This document shows positions 1 through 8,265 of a stretch of 64,000 nucleotides of DNA, one piece after another. The translations under genes and the position numbers were made by a program. Each line of letters opens with the position of its first letter. The stretch's first letter is position 1. Source of the stretch: Patescibacteria group bacterium (GTDB lineage: Bacteria > Patescibacteriota > Patescibacteriia > 2-12-FULL-57-11); the NCBI GenBank assembly GCA_004297205.1, contig SCUL01000002.1:462647-526646 (forward strand), in the 5' to 3' direction. The notes under the pieces are model-generated. The model did not search any database and was not told the DNA's origin. It saw only the letters and a list, made by a program, of their open reading frames with translations.

Positions 1-2649
1 CGAGCCGCCGCTCGCGGACGGTTGGCCGGGCGTCGAGGGCGCGGTCGTGTCGATCACGAGCGCTTTTGCGTTTCCGAGCGACCCGGCTGCTCCGGGCGAG
101 GCCAACGTGAGCGTCGCGTTGTTCAGCGCGGCGTCCTTGATGGTGCCGGAGTTGAGCGCGAGCGAGTTCGTGGCGACGTAGTCGAGGTCCGCGGAGGTGT
201 CGCCGGCAACGACGGTGTAGTTGAAGGTGAGCACGGTCGAACCGGAGCCCGAGGCATAGTCGACAGTTTCGTCCGGGGTGCCGGTCTCAAGGGTGATCTG
301 CGGGGTGCCGACGACCGTGACCGCCTCGGTGAAGGTGACGGTGACGGGGACGACCTGGCCCGTGGCGTATGAGCCGTCCGCAAGCGTCGAGGAGACGGCG
401 GAGACGGTGGGCGCGGTCGTGTCGATCACGATGTTCTTCGCGTTGCCGAGCGATCCTGCGGCGCCGGGCGAGGCCAGGGTGAGCGTTGCGTTGTTCAGCG
501 CGGCGTCCTTGATCGAACCGCCATTCAGGGCGAGGGAGTTGGTGGCCACGTAGTCGAGGTCGGTGGAGGTGTCGCCGGCAACGACGGTGTAGTTGAAGGT
601 GAGGACGGTCGAACCGGAGCCGGAGCTGTAGTTGACGGTTTCGTCGGGCGTGCCGGTCTCGAGCGTGATCTGCGGAACGCCGGTGACGGTGACCGCCTCG
701 GTGAAGGTGATGGTGACCGGGACGACCTGGCCGGTCGTGTATGAGCCGTTGGCAAGCGAGGAGGAGACGGCGGAGACGGTGGGGGCGGTCGTGTCGATCG
801 TGAAGGTGTCGGTCGTGACGGCGCCGTCGGCGGTCGTGTTCGCGTTCGAGTCCGTGGCGCGGACGTTCATGGTGTGCGAGGCGTCCGAGAGCGCCACGGC
901 AACGGTGCAGGTGAAGGGCTCGACCGCTTCGTCGAACGCGGCGTCGTCCGCGGTGCAGGCGCTCCAGCTGCCGGCAGTCCCGTCCATCTGGAATTGGACG
1001 GCAGAGACCGTGCCCACGGCTTCGGTGGCGGTGCCGGTGAGCGCGGGCGTCGAGTCGTTGTTCGGATCCGGAGACAAGGCCGTCAAAGAAATGCTCGGAG
1101 GGGTCGTATCGAACGCGCTGAACGCAATGGACACGTCCTGGAAGGTGGGCGTGTTCGCGGATTCGGAGGTGAGGGTCACCTGATACTGGACGTATCGGTG
1201 GCCGTCGGTGACGCAATTGTTCGAGGAAATGTCCGTGCCGGAGACGATGGCGTTGCAGGAAGAGAAGGCCGTGGCGCCGACCATGGTGGCGCTGTTCGAG
1301 GTGCGCGCCTTGAGGGTGGTCGTCGCGACGCCGTCCGTGTTCGCGGTCATAGTCCCCCACGCGCTCAACTGTTCCGTGTCGAAAATGGAGGAGGTCAGCG
1401 TGCCGGACGAGGCATACCGTTCTTCCTGCGCGGCGTACGTGGCGTAGGTATCGGCTTCGGATTTGTAGTCCGCGGCAATCCAGGGGGTGGAGAGGGTGGA
1501 GCTGGAGACGCGAAACTCATCTGCCTTGCCGTCAATGGCGTAAAGAGTGCTGGTGGCGCCGAATGTAAAAGTTAACCAGTTTATCGGAGAATTTTGTGTC
1601 TTCGGACCTGCCCGGAGCGTGCCATTCTTATAGAATCTTCCCTGGGTACCGTCGTATGTGTACGTAAACTTCTGCCATTGGTTGAGGGCGATGGTGCCGC
1701 CGGGCAGTTCAGCTGGAGCAAATCTGGTAGTGACATCCGTGCCCGCATAAACAGCGCCGACCGAGTCGCCGTGGAAGATGAAAGCACCCCAGCCGCCGCC
1801 GGCACTGGCAGTTATCACCGGGTTATAATTCTTGTTCGAAAGCGGATACAGCCAAAAATCAACGGCGAATGTTGTTTTTGGTCCGCTCAAACCTGCAATT
1901 TGAACGCTGTCGTCAACCCCATCATACGACTCTCCCCCGTCAATAACTCCGGACGTCGTAGGACTGGGTTCGGTCGCGGATGTTTTCGCGCCGTTGAAAC
2001 CGTTGGATGTGGAATCGATCGTGGCAGTCCCGGACGTTTCAGAAAAATGCTGGACGGTCATGTACGTGTTGTTCCACACGTTCGATGCGGACTGTGCGCT
2101 GCTCGTGGTCGTGTTGCCGTAGTAGACGTAGATGTGGTCGGTGCTCGACGATGAGGCGATCTGGGGCACCTTCACCCAGACGGTGGACGTCGAAGTCTCA
2201 TCCCACTTCTCGATTTCGTAGGGAAGGAGCGTCACGCCGTCCGAGTCGGTGAAACGGATGTCCTGGCCCGAGTTCTGCGTGTTGGCGTAGTCCACGCGCG
2301 AGGAGTTGAGCGCGACAAGGACGGGGAAATTCGTCAGGTTCTCCGCCTGCCCCGAGTTGTCGAACGTGATCTTCCGGCGATATTTCAAACTCGTGTCGTA
2401 CCAAGCGGTGGTCGTCGCGAGTGTGAGCTGGCCGGCAGAAAAAGAAACGACGTTCGAACTGGAATCGAACTTCGTCGTGTCCAACCAGCTCGTCTGGCCG
2501 GATCCCCCGGACCAGTTCGTCTGCGTCCACGGGCTCGTCGCGGCGGAAGCGCGCGGGACCAGCGAGGAAAATTGCGAGACGAGCAAAACCTGCGTGACGA
2601 GCATCACGGCTGCCAGCAGGGAGAAAATGAGGGAGTATTTCTTTGACAT
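1..2649 (-). CDS. Large secreted surface/adhesin-like protein, partial (runs off window start). Signal peptide, DUF2341/LamG-like N-terminal region, C-terminal tandem Ig-like repeats.
   Basis: Own translation of the minus strand from ATG at 2649: [22 protein letters not shown]... (signal peptide), then motifs DIRFTD...LPYEIEKWD...VWVKVP...IYVYYGN typical of DUF2341. At the other end, repeated [42 protein letters not shown] Ig-like units. No stop before position 1, so it is absent from the ORF track. High GC3. Confidence 0.6.
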   Translation of the reverse strand, partial: MSKKYSLIFSLLAAVMLVTQVLLVSQFSSLVPRASAATSPWTQTNWSGGSGQTSWLDTTKFDSSSNVVSFSAGQLTLATTTAWYDTSLKYRRKITFDNSGQAENLTNFPVLVALNSSRVDYANTQNSGQDIRFTDSDGVTLLPYEIEKWDETSTSTVWVKVPQIASSSSTDHIYVYYGNTTTSSAQSASNVWNNTYMTVQHFSETSGTATIDSTSNGFNGAKTSATEPSPTTSGVIDGGESYDGVDDSVQIAGLSGPKTTFAVDFWLYPLSNKNYNPVITASAGGGWGAFIFHGDSVGAVYAGTDVTTRFAPAELPGGTIALNQWQKFTYTYDGTQGRFYKNGTLRAGPKTQNSPINWLTFTFGATSTLYAIDGKADEFRVSSSTLSTPWIAADYKSEADTYATYAAQEERYASSGTLTSSIFDTEQLSAWGTMTANTDGVATTTLKARTSNSATMVGATAFSSCNAIVSGTDISSNNCVTDGHRYVQYQVTLTSESANTPTFQDVSIAFSAFDTTPPSISLTALSPDPNNDSTPALTGTATEAVGTVSAVQFQMDGTAGSWSACTADDAAFDEAVEPFTCTVAVALSDASHTMNVRATDSNANTTADGAVTTDTFTIDTTAPTVSAVSSSLANGSYTTGQVVPVTITFTEAVTVTGVPQITLETGTPDETVNYSSGSGSTVLTFNYTVVAGDTSTDLDYVATNSLALNGGSIKDAALNNATLTLASPGAAGSLGNAKNIVIDTTAPTVSAVSSTLADGSYATGQVVPVTVTFTEAVTVVGTPQITLETGTPDETVDYASGSGSTVLTFNYTVVAGDTSADLDYVATNSLALNSGTIKDAALNNATLTLASPGAAGSLGNAKALVIDTTAPSTPGQPSASGGS
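60..810. repeat. Two tandem ~372-375 bp DNA repeat units (~90% identical) inside the adhesin gene, each encoding one Ig-like domain.
   Basis: gttgttcagcgcggcgtccttgat occurs at 118 and 493. gtcgaggtc..ggaggtgtcgccggcaacgacggtgtagttgaaggtgag occurs at 181 and 553. The repeats may continue beyond the window start. Confidence 0.7.
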
Positions 2650-2740
2650 TGCCACACTTCTCGTCTTTAAATCCCTTGAATTTTACACCTTACCGAAGCA
2701 GTGTACCACTTTTGGATTTTGAAGGAAAACGCGGTGTTCA

Positions 2741-3031
2741 TCACATTTTTTTGAACGCCGTCCCGTTGATTTTTTCGAGCGTGGATATCGTGAGCGAAAC
2801 GGAGGGATTGTCCGTATTTTTCAAGGTCATGCGACCCCCGAACCTTTTTTGCAGCGGCGTGAGGAATTCGTCTCCCCAGGAAGGCGAAAACGTGCTGACG
2901 CCGGCAAAATCGACAAGGATGTCTTCCTTGCCGTTCAGGCCGTCCAACGTCGGCAAAAAAGCCGCGAGGGCCTCTCTTCCCGCCTGACGGGACGTGAGCA
3001 CGGAACCGAATTTTGCAATGAAGATGGTCAT
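2741..3031 (-). CDS. STAS-like small protein (DUF4325-like), 96 aa.
   Basis: ORF MTIFIAKFGSVLTSRQAGREALAAFL...EDILVDFAGVSTFSPSWGDEFLTPL matches the DUF4325 STAS-like pattern (vvLDFeGV..ssSF.DEf). Stop of the upstream GHKL gene lies 7 nt before its start. Lower GC (~52%). Confidence 0.55.
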   Translation of the reverse strand: MTIFIAKFGSVLTSRQAGREALAAFLPTLDGLNGKEDILVDFAGVSTFSPSWGDEFLTPLQKRFGGRMTLKNTDNPSVSLTISTLEKINGTAFKKM

Positions 3032-3038
3032 GCGCCGT

Positions 3039-3773
3039 TCAATATTGGATGAACGCCAACGAACCGCGGATCGGCACGTCGGCTTTCTTCATGAGGAATC
3101 CCGGTTTGCCCTTCCGGATTTCAAGCACCGCATCACCGGATTGGAAGGTCAGATCCGCCTCGGACTTCGCAAGCGCATCCTTCACGTATTTCAAACCGTT
3201 GCCCCGATGTTCCGGCGCCCTCCCCGTGATGAATTCGGTGAAAGCCACGCGCAACGCTTCCTCGTCGGTTTTGAGACCGGGCCGTATCCGATGCAGCGTC
3301 GCAAAAACACCGACCCCGCGATCCGCAAGGACAACGACCCGTTTCCCCGGGTCATGGGCGAAAAAGACGCCCGGGAGATCCGGCCAATTTCCCAAGTTAT
3401 GATCGAAGGAGTTGTTGCCGATTTCCCCAACGGAAGAGGAAATGAGCGACGCAATGCCCTGAAGCGCGGGGTTGGCGTCCAACTCATGCGCCATGCGCTC
3501 GTAACGCGTTTTGAATCGGTCACTCGTCGAACAATAAAAGTCGTGTTCCGGGGGGTACGACTTTTCCGCACTGACCCATTCCTGGGCAACCCGAAAGATG
3601 CCTTTGGTCTTTCTTCCCAAGTCCGACAGCGCGTAATACCGATGGCCTCCCGGGGAAACGAAGGTTGCCTTAAAGGTTCCCTCGTTATGCCAACGCCGGA
3701 GAGTCGCCACGGAAACGCCCAGATATTTGGCCGCTTTCGTGATGGAAACAAGATTTTTTGCGACTTTCCCCAT
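3039..3773 (-). CDS. MerR-type HTH fused to a GHKL (histidine-kinase-like) ATPase domain; RsbW/SpoIIAB-like serine-kinase fold.
   Basis: Start at ATG 3773 (MGKVAKNLVSITKAAKYLGVSVATLRRWHNEGTF = MerR/excisionase-type HTH). C-terminal part has GHKL boxes: EIGNNSFDHNLG (N-box), VVLADRGVGV (G1), RGNGLKYV (G2). The longer in-frame ORF to 3884 is less likely. GC ~54%. Confidence 0.6.
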   Translation of the reverse strand: MGKVAKNLVSITKAAKYLGVSVATLRRWHNEGTFKATFVSPGGHRYYALSDLGRKTKGIFRVAQEWVSAEKSYPPEHDFYCSTSDRFKTRYERMAHELDANPALQGIASLISSSVGEIGNNSFDHNLGNWPDLPGVFFAHDPGKRVVVLADRGVGVFATLHRIRPGLKTDEEALRVAFTEFITGRAPEHRGNGLKYVKDALAKSEADLTFQSGDAVLEIRKGKPGFLMKKADVPIRGSLAFIQY

Positions 3774-3783
3774 ATCTGCAGAA

Positions 3784-3812
3784 AGTATACAAAAACTATA
3801 CAAACTTGTCAA
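3784..3812 (-). promoter_or_regulatory. Sigma70-like promoter for the HTH-GHKL gene with TTTGTATA direct repeats over the spacer and -10.
   Basis: Minus strand reads TTGACA-17nt-TATACT; about 10 nt further downstream is the ATG. TTTGTATA copies (plus-strand tatacaaa at 3786, 3797, 3816) overlap the spacer and -10 in MerR-operator-like placement. AT-rich (~38% GC). Confidence 0.45.
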
Positions 3813-3909
3813 ACCTATACAAATCTGTACATTTTGTGAAAATCGCTCATCCTCCCGACAAAAACGAGGTTGCCACGGCGCCAAAAAACGGGCAGGATAG
3901 CGGCAGTTT

Positions 3910-3984
3910 TCGCCCCTAGCTCAACGGATAGAGCTCCGGTCTTCAGAACCAGTGATGGGAGTTCGATTCTCTCAGGGCGCACCA
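3910..3984 (+). tRNA. tRNA-like gene with a Trp-type body but anticodon UCA (loop CUUCAGA); CCA encoded. Acceptor stem non-canonical as read.
   Basis: D-arm GCTC-AACGGATA-GAGC; anticodon arm CCGGT-CTTCAGA-ACCAG (one C.A mismatch); T-arm GGGAG-TTCGATT-CTCTC; 3' AGGGCGC-A-CCA. The 3' half closely resembles E. coli tRNA-Trp (GGGAGTTCGAGTCTCTC). The 5' strand tCGCCCCta pairs imperfectly with AGGGCGC, and G37 is unusual for a UCA anticodon. Confidence 0.5.
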
Positions 3985-4020
3985 GCCCTCCAACCTCGAC
4001 TTTCTAAAAGCGAGGCGGGG

Positions 4021-4096
4021 CGGCTGCGGATCGAACCGCGCCGCATCCCCGCGCGAGCGGGGCTGTCGATGCAGCCGAACGTCCGCCCCCAGTGCA
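4021..4096 (-). other. GC-rich tRNA-like cloverleaf element (non-canonical): 7-bp acceptor-like stem enclosing three hairpins, one carrying GGTTCGATCC.
   Basis: Reverse complement GGGGCGG...CCGCCCC-G-CC forms a perfect 7-bp closing stem. Internal hairpins: GGCTG/CAGCC, CCCCGC-TCGC-GCGGGG (tetraloop, no anticodon loop), and TGCGG-[CGCGGTTCGAT]-CCGCA (11-nt loop). It is not a canonical tRNA. Confidence 0.3.
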
Positions 4097-4172
4097 TGGC
4101 GGAAGCCGGACGCGACCCGACAGCACCTATGCGGCACGGCGAGAGACGCAGCCGGCCCGCCGAGCGAACCCT

Positions 4173-4823
4173 ATGCCCCCCAAGAAAACCGTGAAACTCG
4201 ACAAGGCGCTGGCCTGCAAAGTGGTCCGCCACCCGCACCAGTTCCTGAAGGAGCTGTTGGACCTGCGCAACGAACATCCGGAGCGCGAGGCCGAGATCGA
4301 CCGCAAGATCCGCGAGACCTTCGAGTGCGAGCGCGCGCCCTTCATCCTGGACATGTCCGGTTTCTCCCGGACGGTCATCAAGCACGGCATCATCCATTAC
4401 CTGGCCATGATCCGTCGCATGGTGAACGTGGCCGTGCCGGCGATCACCGACAACAAAGGCGAGATCGTGAAGCAGGAAGCCGACAACATCTTCGCGGTTT
4501 TCGCCGATCCGACCGACGCGGTGCGCGCCGCCCAGGACGTGGTGCGCGGGCTGAACGCGCTGAACACCGTGCTGCCGGACGAGAAGGACATCTACGTGTC
4601 CATCGGCATCGGCTACGGCGACATCCTGCTCGTGCCGGGCGAAGACTTCTTCGGCAACGAGCTGAACCTTGCCTCAAAGCTCGGCGAGGACATCGCGGAG
4701 AAGGGCGAAGTGCTCCTGACGGAAGAAGCGCACGGCAAGATCACCGACTCGACCCTCAAGTTCGAGAAGGTTTCGGCCTCGATTTCCGGGGTCGGCCTCA
4801 AATATTTCCGGCTCAAGTCCTGA
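4173..4823 (+). CDS. Standalone class III adenylate/guanylate cyclase catalytic-domain protein (~216 aa).
   Basis: Motifs FILDMSGFSRTV (metal Asp), EADNIFAVFADP, VSIGIGYGDILLVPG, FFGNELNLASKLGE match the cyclase homology domain. The start at ATG 4173 (MPPKKTVKLDK) is preferred over the upstream in-frame ATG at 4092. Confidence 0.6.
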   Translation: MPPKKTVKLDKALACKVVRHPHQFLKELLDLRNEHPEREAEIDRKIRETFECERAPFILDMSGFSRTVIKHGIIHYLAMIRRMVNVAVPAITDNKGEIVKQEADNIFAVFADPTDAVRAAQDVVRGLNALNTVLPDEKDIYVSIGIGYGDILLVPGEDFFGNELNLASKLGEDIAEKGEVLLTEEAHGKITDSTLKFEKVSASISGVGLKYFRLKS

Positions 4824-4827
4824 GAAG

Positions 4828-4858
4828 TCAAAAACCGTCCCGCCTTGGCGGGACGGTT
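4828..4858. terminator. Bidirectional intrinsic terminator hairpin between the convergent cyclase and pilT genes.
   Basis: aaaaccgtcccgcc-ttgg-cgggacggtt. Confidence 0.5.
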
Positions 4859-4867
4859 GTGTGCGTA

Positions 4868-5926
4868 TCAGGCGCGTTCGCGGGGACGGGTGACCAGGGT
4901 CTGCGCGTCCTTGGCGTCGACGAGTCCTTCGGCCACGAGCCGCTTGGCGTCCTGGGCCAACGTGTACATGCCGTACTTGCCGGAGGTCTGCAGCACCGTG
5001 TCTATCTGCGCGGACTTGCCTTCGCGGATCAAGTTGGAAATGGCGGACGTATTGAACAGGACTTCGCGCACGGCGATGCGGCCGCCGCCCCGCTTCGGCA
5101 ACAGCTGCTGCGTGACGACGGCGCGCAGCACCGAGGCCAGCTGCACGCGGATCTGATTCTGCTGGTGCGGCGGGAAGGCGTCGATGATGCGTTCGATCGT
5201 CGTGGCCGCGCTGTAGGTGTGGAGTGTGGCAAAGACGAGGTGTCCGGTTTCCGCCAGGGTCAGCGTCGTGGCGATCGTTTCCAAATCACGCATTTCGCCG
5301 ATCATGACGACGTCCGGATCCTGGCGCAGGATGTGTTTCAGGCCTTCGGCGAAGCTGCGCATGTCTTCCCCGAGCTGGCGCTGACGGATCAACGCTTTGC
5401 CTTGCGGGAAGAGGAACTCGACCGGGTCCTCGAGGGTCACGATGTTGGCCGCGACGCGCTCGTTGACGAGGTTGAGGAGCGTGGCCAGCGTCGTCGATTT
5501 GCCGGAGCCGGTCGGACCGGTCACGAGAATGAGCCCGTGCGGCAGCGTGGTGAGATCGGCCACGGCTTGCGGCAAGGACAGGTCGGCGACGCTCGGAATC
5601 TTCACCGGCACGAGACGCGCGGCCATGCCGACGTTGTTCTTTTCCTGGTGGACGTTGATGCGGAAACGCGCCCCGCCCGTGGTGTAGGCGGCATCGAGCT
5701 CCAAGTTCTGTTCGAAGCGCGCGATCTGCTCCTTCGTGAGCACGCCGTACACGAGTTCCCTGACCTGCTTTGCGGTGAGCGGCACCCCTCCTCCGACCGG
5801 CACGAGCGCGCCGTCGATGCGCAACGTCGGCGGCCGACCGACCACAAGGTGCAGGTCCGAGGCCTTGGCGGTCACGGCGGCGGAGAACAGCGCGTCCATG
5901 ACATTGTTGACGACGGGTGCGGGCAT
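4868..5926 (-). CDS. pilT: Type IV pilus retraction ATPase PilT.
   Basis: Walker A GPTGSGKSTT; PilT-family motifs LRQDPDVVMIGEMRD, AETGHLVFATLHT, GGGRIAVREVL. An alternative start at M10 (5899) matches the PilT N-terminus MDALFS. Confidence 0.9.
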   Translation of the reverse strand: MPAPVVNNVMDALFSAAVTAKASDLHLVVGRPPTLRIDGALVPVGGGVPLTAKQVRELVYGVLTKEQIARFEQNLELDAAYTTGGARFRINVHQEKNNVGMAARLVPVKIPSVADLSLPQAVADLTTLPHGLILVTGPTGSGKSTTLATLLNLVNERVAANIVTLEDPVEFLFPQGKALIRQRQLGEDMRSFAEGLKHILRQDPDVVMIGEMRDLETIATTLTLAETGHLVFATLHTYSAATTIERIIDAFPPHQQNQIRVQLASVLRAVVTQQLLPKRGGGRIAVREVLFNTSAISNLIREGKSAQIDTVLQTSGKYGMYTLAQDAKRLVAEGLVDAKDAQTLVTRPRERA

Positions 5927-5948
5927 ATCCTCCCTCAGTCTACCACGT

Positions 5949-6638
5949 TCACCAACCTTTCACGGCGATGGCCTGTTCGGCGGCGGCGACCTGCGCTTCC
6001 TGTTTGCTCGTGCCTTCGCCCTTGGCGACGAGCTGGTCGCCGAGGAAAATGCCGACGACGAAATGCTTGGCGTGATCGGGGCCCGACTCTTCGAGCACCT
6101 TGTAACTCGGCGTGATGCCGAGCTGTTCCTGCGCCGCTTCCTGGAAGCGGCTCTTGGGGTCGAGATACAGCTGGTGCTCAAGAATGTAGGGCAGGCGCAC
6201 CAAGAGCTTGGCGTCGATGAAGCCGCGGCAGGCCTCCATCCCCTGGTCGAGATACAGAGCGCCGACGATGGCTTCGAACGCGTTGGCCAGAATGTACTGG
6301 CGCGCCTTGCTGCCGGCGTCCTTGGATTCGCCGCGCGAGAGATAGAGATGTTCTTCGACCTCGAGCTCGCGGGTCACCTCGGCGAGCATCACCGCGTTGA
6401 CCAGCGCCGCGCGCCAGTTGGTGAGTTCGCCCTCCGGATTGGGGTAGGTCCGGTAGAGGTATTCGGTGACGACGAGCTCGAGCACGGCATCGCCCAGGAA
6501 TTCGAGCCGCTCGTTGTGGCCGAGCGGAAACTCCGGATGCTCGTTCAGGTAGGAGCGGTGCACCACGGCTTGGCGCAGGTGCTCGATGTTTTTGAACTTC
6601 ACGCCGAGGCGTGCTTCCAACACGGAAAGGTCACTCAT
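5949..6638 (-). CDS. rnc: Ribonuclease III.
   Basis: RNase III signature [20 protein letters not shown] plus C-terminal dsRBD. TGA stop at the expected C-terminus. Confidence 0.9.
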   Translation of the reverse strand: MSDLSVLEARLGVKFKNIEHLRQAVVHRSYLNEHPEFPLGHNERLEFLGDAVLELVVTEYLYRTYPNPEGELTNWRAALVNAVMLAEVTRELEVEEHLYLSRGESKDAGSKARQYILANAFEAIVGALYLDQGMEACRGFIDAKLLVRLPYILEHQLYLDPKSRFQEAAQEQLGITPSYKVLEESGPDHAKHFVVGIFLGDQLVAKGEGTSKQEAQVAAAEQAIAVKGW

Positions 6639-7128
6639 GGTTCTTGGATTTAACCTCCGAATCTTCTTTTTCTTTCTTCGGCGGTTCCAGGTCGACTTTC
6701 TTCAACTGACCGGCGGTCACCCGGTCGCGGTAGATCGCCCCGAGCACGCCGTTCACGAAGCGGCCGGACGATTCGCCGCCGAAGGTCTTGGCCAGTTCGA
6801 TGGCTTCGTTGATGGCCACCTTGCTCGGCACCGTCTCCGAGTAGTGCAGCTCCGAAATGCCGAGCCGCAGGATGTTCTTGTCGACGAGCGTGATGGCTTC
6901 GAGCGGCCACTCCGGCGCGTACTTCACGATCGTCTCGTCGATCTCCTTCTGGTGCGCCAGTACGCCATCCAGAAGTTCCTGGATGAACCCCTTGTCGTTG
7001 AACTCCGGCGCGAACTCCTTGATCTGATACGACAAAACCACCGGGACGGCATCGGGCTTCTGCCCGTTGAAGTCCCATTGGTAGAGGACCTGCATGGCGA
7101 TGGTCCGCGCGAGGTGCCGATTGCTCAT
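6631..7128 (-). CDS. nusB: Transcription antitermination factor NusB.
   Basis: [14 protein letters not shown]...[15 protein letters not shown] typical of NusB. Overlaps the rnc start by 8 nt. Confidence 0.85.
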   Translation of the reverse strand: MSNRHLARTIAMQVLYQWDFNGQKPDAVPVVLSYQIKEFAPEFNDKGFIQELLDGVLAHQKEIDETIVKYAPEWPLEAITLVDKNILRLGISELHYSETVPSKVAINEAIELAKTFGGESSGRFVNGVLGAIYRDRVTAGQLKKVDLEPPKKEKEDSEVKSKNHE

Positions 7129-7176
7129 ATTGTGGGGCCGAAGGAACGAAAGAGCGAAAAAACCGAAAGACGAGAG

Positions 7177-7461
7177 TTACTCGTCTTTCTGAGGCGGATG
7201 GTCGTGACCTTTATGATCGTGGTCGTGATCGTGCTTGGCGGCCGCGGCTTTCTCCGCCTTCTTCAAGGCTTTGCCCGCTTCGACGAGCTTGGCCGGCAGC
7301 ACCTGGCGGCCGGCATAGGTGCCGCAGAACCGGCAGGCGATGTGGGGCAGGATCGGCTTCTTGCACTTCGGGCAGGTGCCGATCGCCATCTTCTTCAACG
7401 CAAAATGCGCTGCGCGGCGGCGTTTGTGGGAGGATGTGCGGCGATGTCCAGGAAGACCCAT
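7177..7461 (-). CDS. rpmF: 50S ribosomal protein L32 with a His/Asp-rich C-terminal extension.
   Basis: RTSSHKRRRAAHFALK...CPKCKKPILPHIACRFCGTYAGRQV (four-Cys Zn ribbon), followed by KHDHDHDHKGHDHPPQKDE. Confidence 0.8.
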   Translation of the reverse strand: MGLPGHRRTSSHKRRRAAHFALKKMAIGTCPKCKKPILPHIACRFCGTYAGRQVLPAKLVEAGKALKKAEKAAAAKHDHDHDHKGHDHPPQKDE

Positions 7462-7566
7462 AGGTGTCAGTTCCCGGCCACTATAACCGAGGTCCGTGAG
7501 CCTGGCAAGTCCCCCGGGTTGACCTGGCCCGCCTCCCGTGGAAAGGTGCCGGGCAAGGAGGTAGCG

Positions 7567-8211
7567 ATGATTCCGGCACTTGCACGGTTTCTACACCTGG
7601 CGGCGGAGGGAACCCGCAAGATCCGCCGCAGGACCCAGTACGACGAGGTTCCCGAAAACGAGCGGACACGCGTCGAAACGCATCTGCTCCAGACGGCCTG
7701 GCTCGCCGCAGCGATGATCGCCATCGAGCGCGCGCACGGAGAACCGGCCTTCGATCCGGTGCGCGTGCTGACGGCGACGGTCCTGCACGACATCGCCGAG
7801 TCGCGCATCGGGGACGTCCACTACGACGTCAAGGCCGACCCGCGCATCAGCGCCATCCTGCGCGAGATCGAAAAGGAATACGCGCACAAGATGTTCTCGC
7901 GTCTCCCGGACCAGGTCCGCGCCGCGTTCACGGACGCCTACGCAGTCGAGGACGAGCGGGGGAAGACGGCGGACGGCGACTTCTTCAACGCCGTCGAGCG
8001 CCTCGGCTACGTCTACGACACGCTGCAGTGGATCATCGACGGCAAGAAGACCTTGCGCAAGGTCTACGACAACCAGCACGAACCGCTCGTGAAGCTGATG
8101 GACCGCTTCGTCTCGGTGCGTCTGCTCTACGAGCCGATCCGGTCGTTCGTCGAGCAGCAGCTCCAGGAGTACCGCCACGAGCAGAAGATGCAGAGCATCG
8201 AGGACATGTGA
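7567..8211 (+). CDS. HD-domain phosphohydrolase (YfbR-like 5'-nucleotidase family).
   Basis: Strong SD AAGGAGG 7 nt upstream of ATG 7567. HD motif VLHDIAESRIGDV. The upstream part of the track ORF 6586..8211 is antisense to nusB/rpmF. Confidence 0.7.
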   Translation: MIPALARFLHLAAEGTRKIRRRTQYDEVPENERTRVETHLLQTAWLAAAMIAIERAHGEPAFDPVRVLTATVLHDIAESRIGDVHYDVKADPRISAILREIEKEYAHKMFSRLPDQVRAAFTDAYAVEDERGKTADGDFFNAVERLGYVYDTLQWIIDGKKTLRKVYDNQHEPLVKLMDRFVSVRLLYEPIRSFVEQQLQEYRHEQKMQSIEDM

Positions 8212-8229
8212 CGTGTCCAGGATGCGAAA

Positions 8230-8262
8230 GCGCCGCCCCCGGCAGGGAGCGGCGCCACTTTT
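8230..8262 (+). terminator. Intrinsic terminator after the HD gene.
   Basis: gcgccgcccccggcagggagcggcgc followed by a T7 run. Confidence 0.5.
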
Positions 8263-8265
8263 TTT

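Noticed and set aside
287-1360. 357-aa minus ORF and the 183-aa plus ORF (632..1183) near the window start.
   Set aside because: They are wrong-frame or antisense relative to the adhesin reading frame, which runs unbroken from 2649 to 1. Their His/Arg-rich composition is implausible.
3910-3984. Interpreting the UCA tRNA as tRNA-Sec, or as evidence of genome-wide UGA reassignment.
   Set aside because: It is 75 nt with a short variable loop (tRNA-Sec is ~95 nt with a long extra arm). Many CDS end in TGA at conserved C-termini, so UGA is a stop here.
4325-6115. 596-aa plus-strand ORF.
   Set aside because: Antisense to pilT and rnc.
6586-7566. Upstream extension of the HD-domain gene ORF (6586..8211).
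   Set aside because: It overlaps nusB and rpmF on the opposite strand. A strong SD and ATG at 7567 define the real start.
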